From positions 12,648,001-12,712,000 of the forward strand of contig CM120640.1 in NCBI GenBank assembly GCA_051362555.1: a stretch of 64,000 bases of DNA, written 5' to 3'. Source of the stretch: Lingula anatina (lineage: Eukaryota; Animalia; Brachiopoda). The position numbers and the translations under genes were made by a program. Shown here one piece after another: positions 38,676 through 54,540 of the stretch (positions are counted from its first letter, which is position 1; every line of letters begins with the position of its first letter). The notes under the pieces were generated by a model, which saw nothing but the letters and a program-made list of their open reading frames with translations, had not been told where the DNA came from and ran no database searches.

Positions 38676-41600
38676 GTAAATATGTTTATACATGCATGTA
38701 TCCGATACAGTTTTCAACATTCGTTATATCTTGATGTTTGAAAATGTCATTGATTTAATAAGTCTCGTTAATGCAAGCTCTCTTGATGAAATTGTCATGA
38801 GATGAGATTTATCATTTGCATTCTTTTCAAGACATTTGATACATGGCAATTGTCGCAGCGCTGGAAATGTGAAAGTGGCGAAACACTTGCCTTTGCAATA
38901 GATTTAAAAACTTTGAATTAGAAAAAAAAAAGACTTTTCATCACAATCAGTATGAAATGTGAAACTTGTTTAAAATTGAATCAAGTGGAATTTGAAAAGA
39001 GCGGCCCTCGGTTACCTCGTATGCGGTTGACTCGAGGTTGATGTCTGTAGGCTTAAATATATATTAACCAAATTTTATTTAATTTAAAAAAAAGCCTAAT
39101 AGTATAAAATAATAAATTTAATTGCAACAGTCAGTCCCTGCAAAAATGATTCTGAAAGATTGTAAATACATTGAAAGTTTTAAGTTCAATAATCGAAAAA
39201 CGGTTGTAGCTTTTTTATATATGTAATGTAGGTTGGTTCATGTCAACTGCATGTGGCGTTATTGGGGAAATAAACATGTGTCAGCTTTTAAGTGGGACAA
39301 ATAAGCTAAATTAGATGTATTTTTATGGTTATAAATAGTTCTGAGTTCACCCAGTTTTTTTCCAAGCCTCATTATGCATGTTGAACAAGAGGTTGTCTAA
39401 CTGACTTTATATTACAGCAATTAAACTGCAGTAATTCCCTAGGGGGAAACAAATGTTACATGTAGTTGCTCACAAATGTCATTTATCATACTGTAATCAG
39501 GTAGCCTAAAGGCAATTGGTGTTTAATTTAATAAAAGATTTTGAAAAACAGTTTTATCAGGGTATAATTAAAAATCCCACCAATTATAAAGTCATAGTCT
39601 TGTTACTTTAAATGATATTTTTGGTGATTTTTTCCCCTTAAGCTGTGGTTCTTCCGAAACAATTATTATTGTTCTTTGTCTTTTAGATGTCTTCAGATCA
39701 TATTACAGCTAGGGCTTCTCTTTACATTCCTAATTGAACAAAAGGTGAGTTAATGTACTTCGTTAATCAGCTAAAAGACACAGGTAGGCCATAAGAAATT
39801 CATTATTCACATAGAAAAAACAATTATCAAAGCAGCAGGCCCTCCAACCTGTATAATCAATAATGCTTTTAGCTAATCCTTTTACCTTGTAACAAAGAAA
39901 AATCCATAGTGGCCAGCATAGAGCATTGGAGGATCTCTAATCAACAAAGTATTAATGATGGTGATTATTCTGTTGGAAGACTTGCGTTGATTCACCACCA
40001 GTCCGATGACTAAGTGGCCGTTAGTCTTGTTGTGCTATCAAAGGTTGGAGCAGTGTCCCAATGGCCAATCAATATGTATAGTATGCAGATGAGTTCTCTG
40101 GCAAAGCTATTATTTATGCCTTAATCAGACAGAAAGGAAATCCTCTCCAAGAGCAATTGTGTTTTCCACTTGTCTTCCCCCTGGAAGATGATGTATTTCA
40201 ATCACAAGGTGTTAAGTGCAGCACCTGATGAACAACGGTTCGTATTGTCCTGATGTTTTAGGTTGGACATATACCACAGTAAGGAAGGATCATAAGAAGG
40301 AAAACTTGTCTAGATTTACCATGACAGCGTTTCCCGAAGGATCTTAAGATAAACTTCTTCTCTGGCTATAATTGTGTTCAGTACGCTTATTATTGCTGTG
40401 GAATCAAGCAACCTCAATAGTTCTTAAAACAGGCGGGAAACAGCTTCAAGCCAAGGAAGGCTACAGTATAGAGACATACAAGTGCACATCCATCTATCTG
40501 CCTACTATAGCAAATTTATTGTTATTGCCATAGGATTTCATTTGACTTCATTTAACTTCCATTGAATTAATATAGCTAAGGGATATACACCATTCATAAG
40601 CTGGTTGCTGTTTCAAGGGAACTATGTAGTATATATGTTTAAGTGCATGTGTGGGATTTTTTCTCTCTTCCAGGAATTTTGCCGAGTTTCATCATCACTC
40701 GCTGAAATGCCACCTGTGTGGCACTAGCGTACCTTTCTGAGGGTTTTCATGATGTGATGGAATTACTTCAAGTAAGTACTAAAGCAGGAAAATGTTGTGG
40801 CATAATTTTAAATATAATACTGTTAACAGAACTTTCATCATGATAGAGTTCAGTGTATCTGCTGCTTTGCAAAATGAAGTTAATTACATCTGTAGACACT
40901 TTTATTTGGTCAGTAGAACTCACTCGAGAGAGTTTTTTTTTTACAAAAAAGTTTATATAATTATGTAGAACTTAATTCACTTTCCTTTCCTTATTAATAA
41001 ATCCTTTCAAAGATTTAAAAATTAAACAATTAGAATCTAGTATCTTTATGCAATGCTTGTCTTAATTTGTAACAAATTACATTTGTTGGATTCATGAAAC
41101 TTTAATTTTGCCTTCCCCCCCCCCCCCCCCCCCCATCTTTGCTGCCTTCTTTCAGTGTTATTCCCAAAACTATGGACTAAAACTAAACACTAAAATTTCA
41201 TTGAGGGAGTTCACTATGTCAGAATGTGGGAATCATTTCAGCTTTGTTGATTTCCTGGAGCCATACAGAGCTGTGATGAGGCTGTGAGCTTGCCACTCAG
41301 AAAGTGGTTAGAAATCGTTTGGTAATGTGGCAGTCCGGATAATGGGAAAAGATGACTCACCACTGTGGTTACTTGCTTTTCGTTTGCTTGTTGACATTCA
41401 ATTCTGGGTATTGACTGAGTCTGCATTCTCAGAGATTTGTGTAAATTTTCTAATTACAGTTCAACTCTTACTTTGTTAGTGGACTTGTCATTTTTCCTAG
41501 TACATGGTTGCCAGGTGGAATCTGTTTCTTCCTCATTAGAGAGCATCACTCGAGAAGGAAACTTTTTTTGTTTTTATTTATCACCTAGCTTATGAATTAT

Positions 41601-42272
41601 TCAAGCTCTTGAGTATACTGTTATGTTTCCCTTCTAGTGACTGGTTCTCTGACAGCTGATGACATGCACTTAGACTGTCTGACCAGAGAAACTCATCAAA
41701 ACCCAGGGAAATGTAGAAAGGATATTCAGAAAGTCTAGGCATGAAGCCACATTGATATTACTACCAGAGAGAAGTAACATCATTCCAAATTGTGTTTTGG
41801 TGTTTTTCTGAGAATTTGCATTAACTATGTAGATAGACACTGGTCTAAGCTTCCAGGATACATGTTGTGGACTAATACACGCAAGCAAGCATGCACCAGG
41901 GAATTGAATAAGTGAGCTGAAAAAGTAGGCTTTCATTTTACACATGACTAAACTGACTTTTTTATTTCTGAATGTCAAACTATGGTTGACTTGTATTTTC
42001 TTTCCAAGGAAAAATATATTACCATGGCTCATGAGGACGACTAGCATCAAGGTCTCAGTATATTGAGAAATAAACCTCTTAGAGAACCACAGGTTTTCAT
42101 ACACTGACCAAGGAGGCATGCACAGTGAGTCAACTTGAGGATTGGAATATTAACGAGATGATCTTCTGGGCCAGAGATTTTCCTGCATTTTTGGATTATT
42201 ACTACTACCAAAGAAGATGTTATTGCATAGTTGTTGAGTAAAGCAGCATATATTATCACCAGGAAGAGCAAG

Positions 42273-42356
42273 ATGGCAGCATCACCATCAGTTTCAGAGA
42301 CGCTGAAGAAAGATGGAAAGAAAAAGTCTCAGTACAGCGTGGCCCAGACAGTCAGG
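42273..42356 (+). CDS. Candidate alternative first coding exon 1 of an unidentified gene (MAASPSVSETLKKDGKKKSQYSVAQTVR)
   Basis: Strong Kozak context AAGATGG, 28 open codons and a phase-0 donor AGG|GTAGGT. Confidence 0.55.
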
Positions 42357-45300
42357 GTAGGTGCTAATTGAGTGACATTAATATTTGATTGTCAATGCAT
42401 CAATTATTGCAGCAGCTTTATTAGCTCAGTTTTCTATCCAGTCTAGATTGGGGATAGATTGCTACATCTCTTTTTATAGCACTTGCTGAGAGCCAGTTGA
42501 CGACTCTGATGTGTTATTTTGTGGTGGATGCATAATGTTGTAAGTGGGTGGGGATTGTTGGAATAAGAAAAAAAACCCGATGGTCTCAAATATAATTATG
42601 GATAAATTTCCAGTGTTTTGTGATAGAATGAAATAATGTGCGTGTGCGCGTGGTGCTAATGCACAGCAGAAATAAGTAATGAGCAGGTAAAAGATGTTCA
42701 AATGAAAAATATCAGGTTTGAATTACTCGTTTTTGGCAGGAATTTGTTTTTAGAGAAGCACCTCTGTTGAACCTTTCTTGCCTGTAAACACCATTTGTGT
42801 TTTATTTTTTACTCAGTTTGATTGATTTCAGAACTACTGAATGCCAGGTATTTTGACTGCAAGAGAAATGTATTTATGCAGGAAATAAGTATTACACAGA
42901 TAGTGGAAATACATACAAGATCAGGCCATTCTCATTATAGACTACTAGCTGCGGCCTTTGTTTTATTGTGATGTTATGACAAAGCAGGTGAACCAGATAG
43001 AGTCCTGTTATATCCTTGCCAAAACCTTACTCAAGTGTGGAATTTAACTAGAGGGCAGGGTTTAAACAATGAATTTACATGGCAGTTGATTGAGATAAAT
43101 GGTTCTACAAGCAGCAGCAGCTAGGAAGAATTATCATTGATTTTCCGTCCCCATATTCCTTTTCTCTTTTGTTGTCATTGCTTGGTTTCTTTAAGGCCCT
43201 GCAGGCAGGTGTTACAGAAGAAATGCAGATGTGTTTATTTGGGGTTCTTTTGTTGTTTGCCATTACACGTCCAAATGATATTGCCCTACATGAGCGTAAT
43301 AATTGTGTTGAAACATTCAATACCTGAAGCACCTTGGGAAAATTACCATATTCAGTTTGGTCTTGGTCAATAAAATTGGTGTCACCCAATGTCAGTGAGA
43401 GAAAGATTGAGAATTCAACTATGAGTATTATTCCTGTTTGGTTTTCTTGCAAATAGAAGTTAATATTGAAGCAGAGTTGTTTATTGTGTGGTAGTTTTTT
43501 TATGGAGAAACATATGTATTAGTACATAAATAGAACATCTCAATTAGGTAGAATGGTTTTGGTATCAGTGAGTAAGAGCTGCATAAATGCACTAATTAAA
43601 CTAAATATTATTGGCAGGTCTTTTTCAACATTTATCATAGTTTACCCTCAGAAAGATTAAGATATTTCTTGAAAAAAGGATCTTAAAACAGCTGTAATAT
43701 TACACGTTTGACACACCATTGTTTGATCATATATCCTTTCTATTTGCAAAAATGTCAGAGTTGATATATCATGTGCTACTGCTTCAGGTGATTTCAATGC
43801 AAAGGTCATTACGCACAGATATTTGATTCTTTTCTTATTTGACACTTAAAGATGAATTATAGTTTTTTCCAGCAGTATTCCATAAAGGTATTTCCTGAGA
43901 TTATACAGAAACTAGTGGTCCTAATGCGACGGAGTAGTTAGATTTGTTTTTTTATAGATTTTTCTAGCATAAAATGATTAATACATCGTTTTAATGTTTG
44001 GGGAAAACATGGTTCAGTTTTTCTGCCCACCATTTGTGATGAATGATCTGATCATTTCCTCATATTATGCACCGTGCATTCAATAATAATGTGAGACTGA
44101 TTGAAAATCATTATAAACCAAGTCAAGCACTTAAATTAGAACACACCATTTTGGATTCTTTTCAGGCGATGTAGCTTACTACAAGAAGGTAGAAAACATG
44201 CTCAGCAATGTCTGTACCTGTGGCACTTGAGTTGATTTCTCTGTCTGTTTACATAATCTTGTAACTAATGTAATTTTGCTTCCATTAGTTGTGTAAAACT
44301 ATACTTGATATAACTGAATACACACCAGGATTCATTGGGTCTTAGAAGTTCAGAAAAACATTGAGGTATTTTGCTATAAAAAGGCATTTATCAACCTGTT
44401 TAGTATGAAATAAAGTAGGCTCCTACATGTAGGCCAGCTCTATGGACGGGCAGTTAGGAACACACTCTTCTGCACTGTATAAAGTGGTTACTAAGATTTC
44501 AACTGCTGTGCTACTGCAGAAATACTAAGTGGATAAAAACAGTTTTCCTTTATGTGAAGAAGGTATCTTTGCATGTATTTTACACTAAAATGTAAAAAGA
44601 TACTGTTAAATAAAACAAAGCACACAACACAGACTCCCCACTCTGTCCAAATCTTACAGGTTATCAATAAATTTCACCATTGTTTCTTCATTTTCCAAGA
44701 ATATGTTTCCAGGAACATCACTCCTGGAGTGTTCCGCACACAGTAGATATGATGACAGTGTAAATATCCCGTATGCTGATTACACACCACTTGGCTTTTA
44801 TTGCCTGTGCACACCATCACTGTCAACTACTGCCAGATAAGACGGAGAGGGGTTTCTTTACCTTGCCATTTTTTATCATTATTGAGTTGCTAATGTGGAT
44901 TGAGTTACCTATCTGCTTGCTTAATTTTTTTTTTGTATAAAATAGGCAGTAGGAATTCTCCTCTTTCCAAGAACTTGTTTTGTATCTGATATTACTTTGA
45001 AATAATTTTTGCATTATTGGAGTGTATAATCAGTGCGCTATGTTTGCTTAGTGCTGCCAAATATAGCAGAAAATTTCCTGTTCTTGTTTGACGTTATTGT
45101 GATTGAGTTTGTAATGAAGATTGAAACACCTTTCATTTTACTGCACTTAGTGGGATTTGTGATACATGGATTTTTAAACCACTCACAATGATTATTGAGA
45201 TCGAGCCTTCATTTATTCCAGCACTGCAGTTGAAAGATTTCACATTGATATCTAGAATGCCCTAGTACGTCCTATCCCCCCCAGAGCCTTTGCAGGTTTT

Positions 45301-48300
45301 CATAAAGTAGTTAGAAAGCCTGCTAAGTAGACCTACCCAGAAAAAACACATAATTACTCACATAGTTTAATTTTTTTTTATTTTGTTCTCTTTTTACGTA
45401 TTGTTGGGTTATTGTATTTTTCATTTAAAGAAATGTAAGGTGGGGATAGCATGTACAATGCAGTTCTGTTATACTGCTGACTGGCTTTATCTCTTACTAT
45501 TTGCATAGTGCACAATATGTTCCAGTGCATAAATATACATTTACTTAAAACTTAATAATGGACAAAAGATGAATAAAACAAGTATGTCGCTTTGTAAAAA
45601 TATATGTCAATTTTCTATACCCCATGTCATCTTTTTATTACCCATGAGTACGCTAATAAAATGCCCCAGTTTGTTTCCAGATGATTCAAGGCAAGCGCAG
45701 CAATGGTCACGTACAAAATAATAGAGACAAACAATACGTAAATCTATCTGTTCGCCAGATGTCATAGTACAGTGTTCCTGCCATTCTATTGTGTCCTGGT
45801 CTGTGGGATCAATAAGGCCAGACCGCTGCCTGGGTGCTTTCTGATACAGAACAAGGCTAGCTGATTGCTAATCTGATCAAGATATCTAGAGGTGTTTGCA
45901 ATTGTATTCATACAAATTAAGATCTGGCTGGATAATACATGGGATTTTCTTTGTAATGTATTAAATTTGCAGGGTTCTGCATCAGTTGGGCTTTACTTTA
46001 AAGTCCAAAATTGTAATCTACTTTGATCCAGGATAAATATGTATAGTAATATTCCATGCAGTGAAGTAAAATTTAATAATCTGGTTAAGCTACATCCATT
46101 TTTACTTTTGTTATAAAGTGTTAAGCTGAACCATCACTGTTGATTACCTGTGTCAAGATGGACTTAGATTTTGAATCAATTGGTTTGAATTGAGACCATG
46201 TAACCATTGAAGTTGTTTAGTGATATGTCTGTGTATTAAGGGTGTAATGATGGTGTTGGTTAAGGTACTAGTAGAATATTGGGAAGTACGGACCCCATAT
46301 AAAGAGGCTAGTTTGAAAGAGGCTAGTCAGTAGTCTGAACAATGAAAAATAGAATGAATTAATACAATGGTATTTGTGAAAGAGAAAAGATGATCGCCAC
46401 ATAGCATTATGTTTAAAATAAATAAATAAATAAATCATAGATAAATAAATGTTTTTTTTCTTAAATTGATTGTCAATTTGGGCATTTAGAGGTAGCTCTA
46501 GATGCTTTTACCTTTCTCTGGCTGTGGATCATTGATCTGTTCTTTAGATTGTTAAGAGATGCTTACAGAGAAAGATGCTGTTTATGGGTTGGGCTGAGTA
46601 GACAAGGGACATGGGCCATGACTTCATTTTGCACACACACTCACAACCAGTTCATTACAGTAACTATAGCTCTTTAATCATCAAAAATGATGAAAGTAAA
46701 TTGCATAACCTATTATAAACTTGTAGTAAAATTTTCTTATTGGTGTATGCTCACAGCTATGAAGTGTACCTAGAGATTTGCAAACATAACCATGATATCA
46801 ATTTGGCTGCAACAACTCCATAAGATCAGCTGTTCTCTTCAAAACTCATAACACAGTTGTGTATAAAACTATTCAGACAACAGGAAAGATTCAGTTCAAT
46901 TTAATTCTCGTTAAGTCCAGGTCTAAATGTATTGAGGCAGTGCTTCACATCTTGCTCAGTTGTCTACATGGTTACAGCATCCCAAGGGTAAAATTAATCT
47001 GAATCAAACAGAAAGAACATGTATCAGAGAGCACTGTCTGTGTCAGGAGCAGTCTTTTTATAAGAAAAAGCAGTTCACTTGAATATCACTTGAACAATTT
47101 CACAATTTGGGGGGAAATGGAAGGCACAGTTGTAAGTCTTTGTTTTTGCCCTCGCATGCTTATATTGATATGTAGATTTCTCTCCATTAGTTAATTAAAT
47201 TGGTCCCAGATTTTTGTGTTTGATCAGTCTCAGTTATGGTACGTCATGGCTGACACTTGGACAGATTTGGCTTTGACACTTGGTTTTGGGGAAAAAAATC
47301 AATATCTAATGAAGCTGATTGTATGCAGTGATGATTTAAAAGATGGTTGATAGATAGATCATAACCTAATTTAGATAATCCTAATCAAAATCTCCATGGA
47401 AATAGTGTGGATGCAGATGTTGAATTGTTCAACCAAGATGTAGAGAAGTAAACTGTCACCTTTAGAAAATAGAAAATTTGACATCCTTAGACTGCTATGT
47501 ATTTCAGAAATCATTGATGTGTAGATGAGTAGGCTTTCAAATATTCATGGTATTCAGTGTCTTCTGAGATATTCATAAATGAAGCTCGGTAAATTGTTTT
47601 AAGTGTGAAGGATTTCATGATTGTCACCCAGTAAATAATTCCAATGAAGTCCAAAGGTTCAATGTGCAGTGCCCTTTGTCTGATATTACTCCCTATCCGA
47701 TATTGAACACCTCTTTTCTTGTTTTTGTGATCAGTTCTCTATTTGTGTTGATTCATAATTAATAAGTGGTTTTAGGGTCCAGTGTTTGCTTAAGACTGCC
47801 TCTTTCCCATAAAATCATTAGCATTTGTCTGGTGTAGGATACAATATCAAGTCAGTGAAGGATGTTTGGGTAACAGCAGGAATGGTTTGCTGGCCCTTGT
47901 CGTAACCTTCTGTAACCTTTTTCCTTTAAGACAAACTGTCATGTTGTTCACTCTCTATCATGCCTTGTTGATATTCAACTTTAATAATCATATCAATGAG
48001 AAGTTGTTGCTAATTTAAAAGAGTCACTCTTTCTTTTCTATTTAACTAAAGGTAAACCCATTTTGATGCAAATGAATATTGTTATTTTCCAAGTGACTCA
48101 TGCTGGATAGGAAACTGTAGCATCATTGCTATAAGAACAAAATTGATTATTTCAGTTTTAGTTTTCTCATTTGTTCAGTTGATATCCAGTTAACAGTAAT
48201 TTGACTTCAGTTGAATCATCCTGACCATCTCTTAAAGAAAATGTAATTTTGACTAATATAATTTAATTACAAAGTTTATGAGCATGATTTCTGCAGATAT

Positions 48301-51300
48301 TTATTGTGGCATTTAAAATTAATGTTACAAAAATACTGAATGTTACATAAAAATTTTTGTTTCATGTTTTGATGTGCTCTCATTTCATTAGCAAAAACTT
48401 CACACTGTGTTGATATTGCCCTATTGCATGTGTATTCAATCAAATAAAGTCATGCATCCAATGGTTGGAAAAGGTCAAAAGAAAAAATACAAATTATATA
48501 GCAGAGGACTAGTGTCCCACATGGAAATCAAATGTCACTTCAATACTCCTAGTACTCCACAATTCTGTGATGTGATATGGGACACAAAATCATTATGGGA
48601 AATAATGAAAGTGCATTTAGTAATGGAGAAAGGGAAGTGGTCAATATGAAATATGAATCTGTTCAGGAAATGGTGCCATTAGGACAGGACCAAAAACATT
48701 TTCATTATAAGTCATTTGAAAGACATCAAATAATTAAGATTTGGTGTCAGGTTTTTATTTAATTGTAGCTTATTTGTCTTCTGCTTTTCTTTGTTCAAAG
48801 TCCAGTTATCTTCATGTTGGACAGCCATTTGACCTTTATAGCCATATACATCAATATCATACCAATATATTCCCATGGACAATAACTTTATAATCTTTTA
48901 GGTTTGGTGTTTTTTTTTTTTTTTTCATTTGACCAGTATTTCACTAAATTTGATTTTAACTCTTTCTGTAAATATGATTAGAACTGAATTGTAATATTTG
49001 GCATAGCTTGTAGAGAAGTTTGTTTGTCAGTTTTATATAAAGATAGTACAGTCCTGTTTAACGTGTCCTGTGCTAATTGCCATAGGTAAGTCATGTAAAA
49101 AAGAATGATTTTGCGTCTTATATCCTTATGTTTATTATCCCAAAGAAATTATTACAGTTGGTATTGGAAAGATAAGATTGTGTTCAGTTGTTAAGTGTTA
49201 TAGGTGTGACAGCACAATCAGTCTGTAGCTTCTCCTACCAGGTTCTATTGCTTTAAAGATTGCATTACTAAGGATCTGTGAAAAAAAACCAATAGGTAGC
49301 TTTCTGGTTTGTTTGATGCATAATTATGCATCTTTTACAAGCTCAAATGATACAGATATCTTTTGAATAATTTAATTTAAATGCCAAGTGATTTTTTCTT
49401 ATTTTATAAAATTGATTTTATCTTTTCCAGTGATATATGATTTTTAAAGGCCAAGAAATATCTAAAACGTAAAAGAGTTGAAATTGCCTTGTGTTGTGTG
49501 TCTGTTCACTATTTTTGCACTTTTAAAAGTAAATGTATTGAATTTAATGTTGTCTGATGTAAGAAGATATGAAGGATCTTGTAGCTAAGCTTGAGATGAA
49601 ATAGGACCACAGTATTTAGGGGATACATAAAGAAACCATGTTTGGGGTAGCCTCTGGCAAAACTTACTCCAGACAGGAAATGTAAGTATTGGACAATATC
49701 TGTACCAGGGAAGCATGATGTTACTTGGGTAATCTGAAACCTTTTTTTTTTTAACTAGACCAACTTTTTAAACTGGATGTACCATAATTGACTTCAACCA
49801 ATGGTCAGAATACATAGGGACTTGTAAATTTTAAAACCAGATGTGCAGTGATCGGGTTATCTTGTTATGTCAGTTAGACAATTTCTGCTGTAAATTAGGC
49901 CTGTTGTGCACACAGCCATAGTGAGTCAGAGAACGAGGGACAGAGTTTCAGACTGTTGTTGTTACATGTGTTTGATTTCAAGTATTGTGTCAACTCCTTT
50001 TATGTCCTAGTGTACATTCAGTGGGGTTGTTTTAGCAAACACAGTTTTTGTTTAGTTAAAGCACCTACCTATCCTCAGGCATGGGCTGTTTCAGTTAGTT
50101 AAGCCTTATTTACTGAGATTATTAAAGCCTTGAATTAACTAGACCATAAATCTACAAGTTTTGTTTAATCCACCTATCAAAATATTTTTGACACTAATTT
50201 AATCTGTGGACATTGTTTAGAAAAAGGAATGAATTGTGCCAGGACTGTTTTTCCCAGGGAATATGAGGTGATGACATTTGAAAACAAGGATTACAGAAAG
50301 AAATGTAAGCTGATTAATCCCATATAGCACCATTGGTTTGATGTAATAACAGACATTACGGTCAACAGAATGACAGGTAGAGAACCGACTGGGCACAAAT
50401 CTAAAAAGCTTTAGGTTGAATTGAAGTGTAGACAACCAACTTAAAGGCATTATTACTTGTTTATGATCCTATTGTTGTGAAGCATTTTGGAGGAATGTAT
50501 AGGCTGTATTGTTGCTGTGAGGGGAATCAGAGGATGGTATTTGTCACCTAGGACCTGTCAGAATAGGCTCCTGTTTTGTGCAAAAATGAAGTTCATTAAA
50601 AATGTTACAATAAAACTGTGTTCATATTTAAGGATACAAGTTTAACACAAAAAAAACTAGAAAGAGATATATGTTAACTAGAAAGGCAACTGCAGGAAAC
50701 AAGCAACTAGAGGATTCACACGTTATTAACAAGCAAATGCAGTGATACATTCCCAGCTTGGTGAATCAAAAACACATATACTACCACAGTAATTAACCTG
50801 GGCCTTTAAAAGAAGCTTGTTGGAGGCCGTGGAAAGTCTGGAGAGCAATTATAGCAGGAAGTTAAGAGATAGTATATTGGAGGCAGGTAAGGGGAAGATG
50901 GACCATTAACTTTGCCCTTCATTACTTAGAACCAGTCTCCCAGATAGCAAGGTGTTCTTACTTAGCGCACAGCAGACTGTTTCTCGGACCATTTAACAAG
51001 ACCTACAGAAACTGCCTCCTTCCAGGGATGGTTTTCACTTGAACTTTGGATAAAAGAAATATTGCAACACTAAGTTTTTTGATGTGTTTTTCCTGAAGGA
51101 TGTGTTCGATTAAGGTGGAATAGCAACTAACATATCATACGGATTTCAGAGTTTTGCAGATCTTTATTTTATTTCTGTTTTAACTGAAGATTGCATAGAA
51201 TATTTGGAGAAGTTTTATTCATCAGTGTTGCATATTAATGAAGAAGGATTCTGTGACTTTGTTCCAATTAGACAAGTTTGTGACAAGACTTTTTTAATGT

Positions 51301-51770
51301 CATATAAAGGTTCATTTTATCAAAGAAAATCTGCTGGGATCTCGCAGTTCTGTGGAAAAATTTGAAATTTGACTTCTGGCAGGTACACTGTAGGTCTCCA
51401 CCATTTACTCTTGTAATGGGAATACGTGGTGGTGGATTACTGAAGTTTATGTGTTAGTTTTACTTGAGGAGAACTAGCCAGCAGTTCCTTCCTGGAAATT
51501 CTTGTCAATTTTGCAAAGACTGCTTTAAGGCTTTGTATTTCCAAAAGTGACAGTGAGTAAGGAACCTGTATTGGAGCATAAAAGAGGTTTTCATTTAGTT
51601 TTGTAAGATACTTCTATAGCTTCTCTTTTGGAATTGTTATTGGTAGATTTTTGAGAAGTTATAAAGAGGCAAATGTAACTGGAGATACCTGCTGATATAG
51701 TTCTTCTGTGAAGTTTTTAAATACAGCTTTAAAACTGAACTTTCAACAAATTTATTGAATAAACTTGAAG

Positions 51771-51884
51771 ATGAGTACAACATTGAGCATCAGACCCTCA
51801 TGGCTGCCACAGAAAGTGGGTTGTTTTGGCTACATTGGTGGTTACAAGGCAAAAGTACCTAATACAGACCACAAGGAAATTAAG
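51771..51884 (+). CDS. Candidate alternative first coding exon 2 (MSTTLSIRPSWLPQKVGCFGYIGGYKAKVPNTDHKEIK)
   Basis: AAGATGA start context, 38 open codons and a consensus phase-0 donor AAG|GTGAGT. Confidence 0.6.
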
Positions 51885-54540
51885 GTGAGTTAAGGGTGAT
51901 TTTGTTTTTTAAAAAGGTACATGTTTCTGACAAGTATGTCATTGAGATGTTTTTGTACATGTATATGCTTCATAGTTTTGTACTTTTAGTTGGAAAAAGG
52001 ATTTTTAAGTACAGGATTTTACATTAGCACAGGATTTATTTCTTGATCTTGTTAGAAATGGTTTTTTACACCACACTGACTGTTCACCTCAGATCACACT
52101 CCTGTCTCACCAGTATGACACATGATAAAGTAAATGTTGACTTAAGGCAGCGAAGGTGAGAACTTATCTTGTCAGCGTGTGTTGCCTATTTGTCTATCAT
52201 TAAGGCATGAAATTGCAGACCTTCGAAATAGTTCACACAGCTTCAGCTTCTGGGCCCTGCAGCCATAGTGTGCTGGACTGCAGATGAAGGCAAATTAGTC
52301 AAAGGTGAAAAGACTTCCCTAGGGTTCCCATAATTGTCTGTCTATATTTTTTGTATAGATTGCTAATGCTCTTGTTTATGCATAGTTGTTTTAAACCCTT
52401 GCATAAAACTGATTCCCATTAAGGTTGCAAATCCTGATGTATTGTTCAGGAAAAGTTTAGGACTTGTTGATGTGTCAGTAATAAGAATAATGCATAAATG
52501 CAAACATACACCTAACATACAACTTTGTGAATTACCACACGCGTTACAGATGCTCTGTAGCAATCAGATATAATTCAAACAAAAAAGGTATTAACACAAC
52601 TTAACAGAATCAGCATGTCTGGCAATACATATTGACAATTTTTTATTAAAATCTTTAAATTTTTAATAAAGGGAAAAACATTAATCCAGCTCGCTAAATG
52701 GAAAAAAAGAACTGTTTTCGGTTGAATAGATGACTCACATCAAAACCATGATACCTTGGAAGGATCGTGCAGGTTATTGTATTGAGGAGATTACGATCAA
52801 ATATCGCCAAATGTTTCATTTTAAGCCTTGTCGTAGTTGACACTGTACACATTGAAGCAATGCAGTCCTTTTCCTGTTTTTAGCAACCAATTAAAGGCTT
52901 AATTCCAGGTATTGTTGATCCTTAGTGTTGTACAATAAGGACTGGATGTTAAACTTTACACATTTCTTGGAACAGTGAATATCTTTTTGCAGTGTAGGAG
53001 AGAACAAAAGTGAGATAATCGAGCCTTTTGTAATTTGATCCAGTGAATATGTTGCTATGGTCTTCTAGGGTCACAGATGACAAAGGTTTTTCTTTAGAAT
53101 TATCTGCAAGGGGGTTGTGGTTAATGTACTGCTTTTCTTTCCCCACCCACCAACTCTGTCATTGCCACATGTTGATTACCTGGCACAGCCTTCCAGTATT
53201 GATTTTATGGTTGTATTTTGTCCCAGAGTAAGTTATTGAGCCTTCTAGGGAAAAAATAGATGTTTTGAATGCGTACAATCCAAATCTCTTGTGTGCTATC
53301 AGTTTAACGACAAAGCTCCATGGAGAATACCATGAAAGTATATAGAAATTGATATTACAAACTTAGGCGGTTCCTGATTATCCGGACATACATTGATGAA
53401 AGCAATTAATTCATTCTTCGTATGTTGTACTCTTGTTACGTTGTGCAAATAAAGATTGGTCTTTTTCCCTTTTTGAAAGGTTATATGAAATATTCGCCTA
53501 CCTGACTCCAGCTGAAGCAATTAACAAAACCAACAACCACTTAAACAATTCATGTGCTTTTGAGTAAAGATATTTCACATAGCCTCTTCTTGCAGATTAT
53601 GCTAGCAATTATTGAGTTCTTTTATTTGCAGTAGATTAGACATATCACTTCACAACAGACTTCAATTATATGCAGATTACTGGGACTGGACTGTCCTCTT
53701 GTAAAGTAAAAGGGCCTGCAACTCTGTCCAGTGTGCACTGGTAGATTGTGCTCATTAGCAACCCTATTTCCATGCTGTCTTGATTTTGATGGTGATTTTC
53801 TCAGTAATCAATACGTTTTCCATGGAAATGCTTGACATTTAGTTTTAGAATTGTTTCTGGGTAATTATTGCCGTGGTTAGGTGCTTATGTTAGGTGGACG
53901 GGGGAAGGAAAACTGAATAATGTTTAGTATATGCGTATGTGTGCCATGCAAGGACTGATGGGATCTTAGGCTTTTGAAGCTGTATTTTGCATTATGTATG
54001 GATTTTCTATCAGTACACGTGCTAAGCATGACTAGTAGGTATATTGACTTTCCTCAATTTGGATTTCAAACCTGACAAGATTGTTTGGTGATGTAAACAG
54101 GTCTTCATCTCTCTCCACACTTGATATTAACAGATTATTGTGCAGTTTGGTGTATGTCATGCTGGGGTAAAGTGATCAGTATTGATATTTACCGGAAGGG
54201 ACAACGGCCTGTAAGCTGTAAATGGAGTACTGATGCCTTATTATAAGCTTCAATGACATGATGTTGGCTGGGAAGTATACAAGTTGTAAGGCTTGATCAC
54301 CAAAGTGCTGGCAAGAGGTTTTTAATGCTGCACGAACTGTCGGGCATAATCTTCATGCGCTCTGTGTCTGGAAAGGAAAAAAAAAAATACTGCGACAGTA
54401 GCCTAGTGCAGGTTAGAAGCATTACCCAGGTCTTGTTTTAGATCTGGGTGAAGGGGGTGTGTGCTTGTCTTTTCATCTGGAAACATCCAAGGTGCATTAT
54501 AGGAGTTAAAAAGATGTACATTATGTTGTGTTAGTGTGTG

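Noticed and set aside
41273-41420. Possible C/D box snoRNA (GTGATGA...CTGA)
   Set aside because: No terminal stem or recognisable rRNA guide; such boxes arise by chance.
41670-42119. 149-aa minus-strand ORF
   Set aside because: No recognisable domain, composition typical of random AT-rich DNA, and no supporting exon chain.
52093-52156. Possible exon ending in AAG|GTGAGA
   Set aside because: It is open only in phase 2-2, which is incompatible with the neighbouring phase-0 exons, and has no other support.
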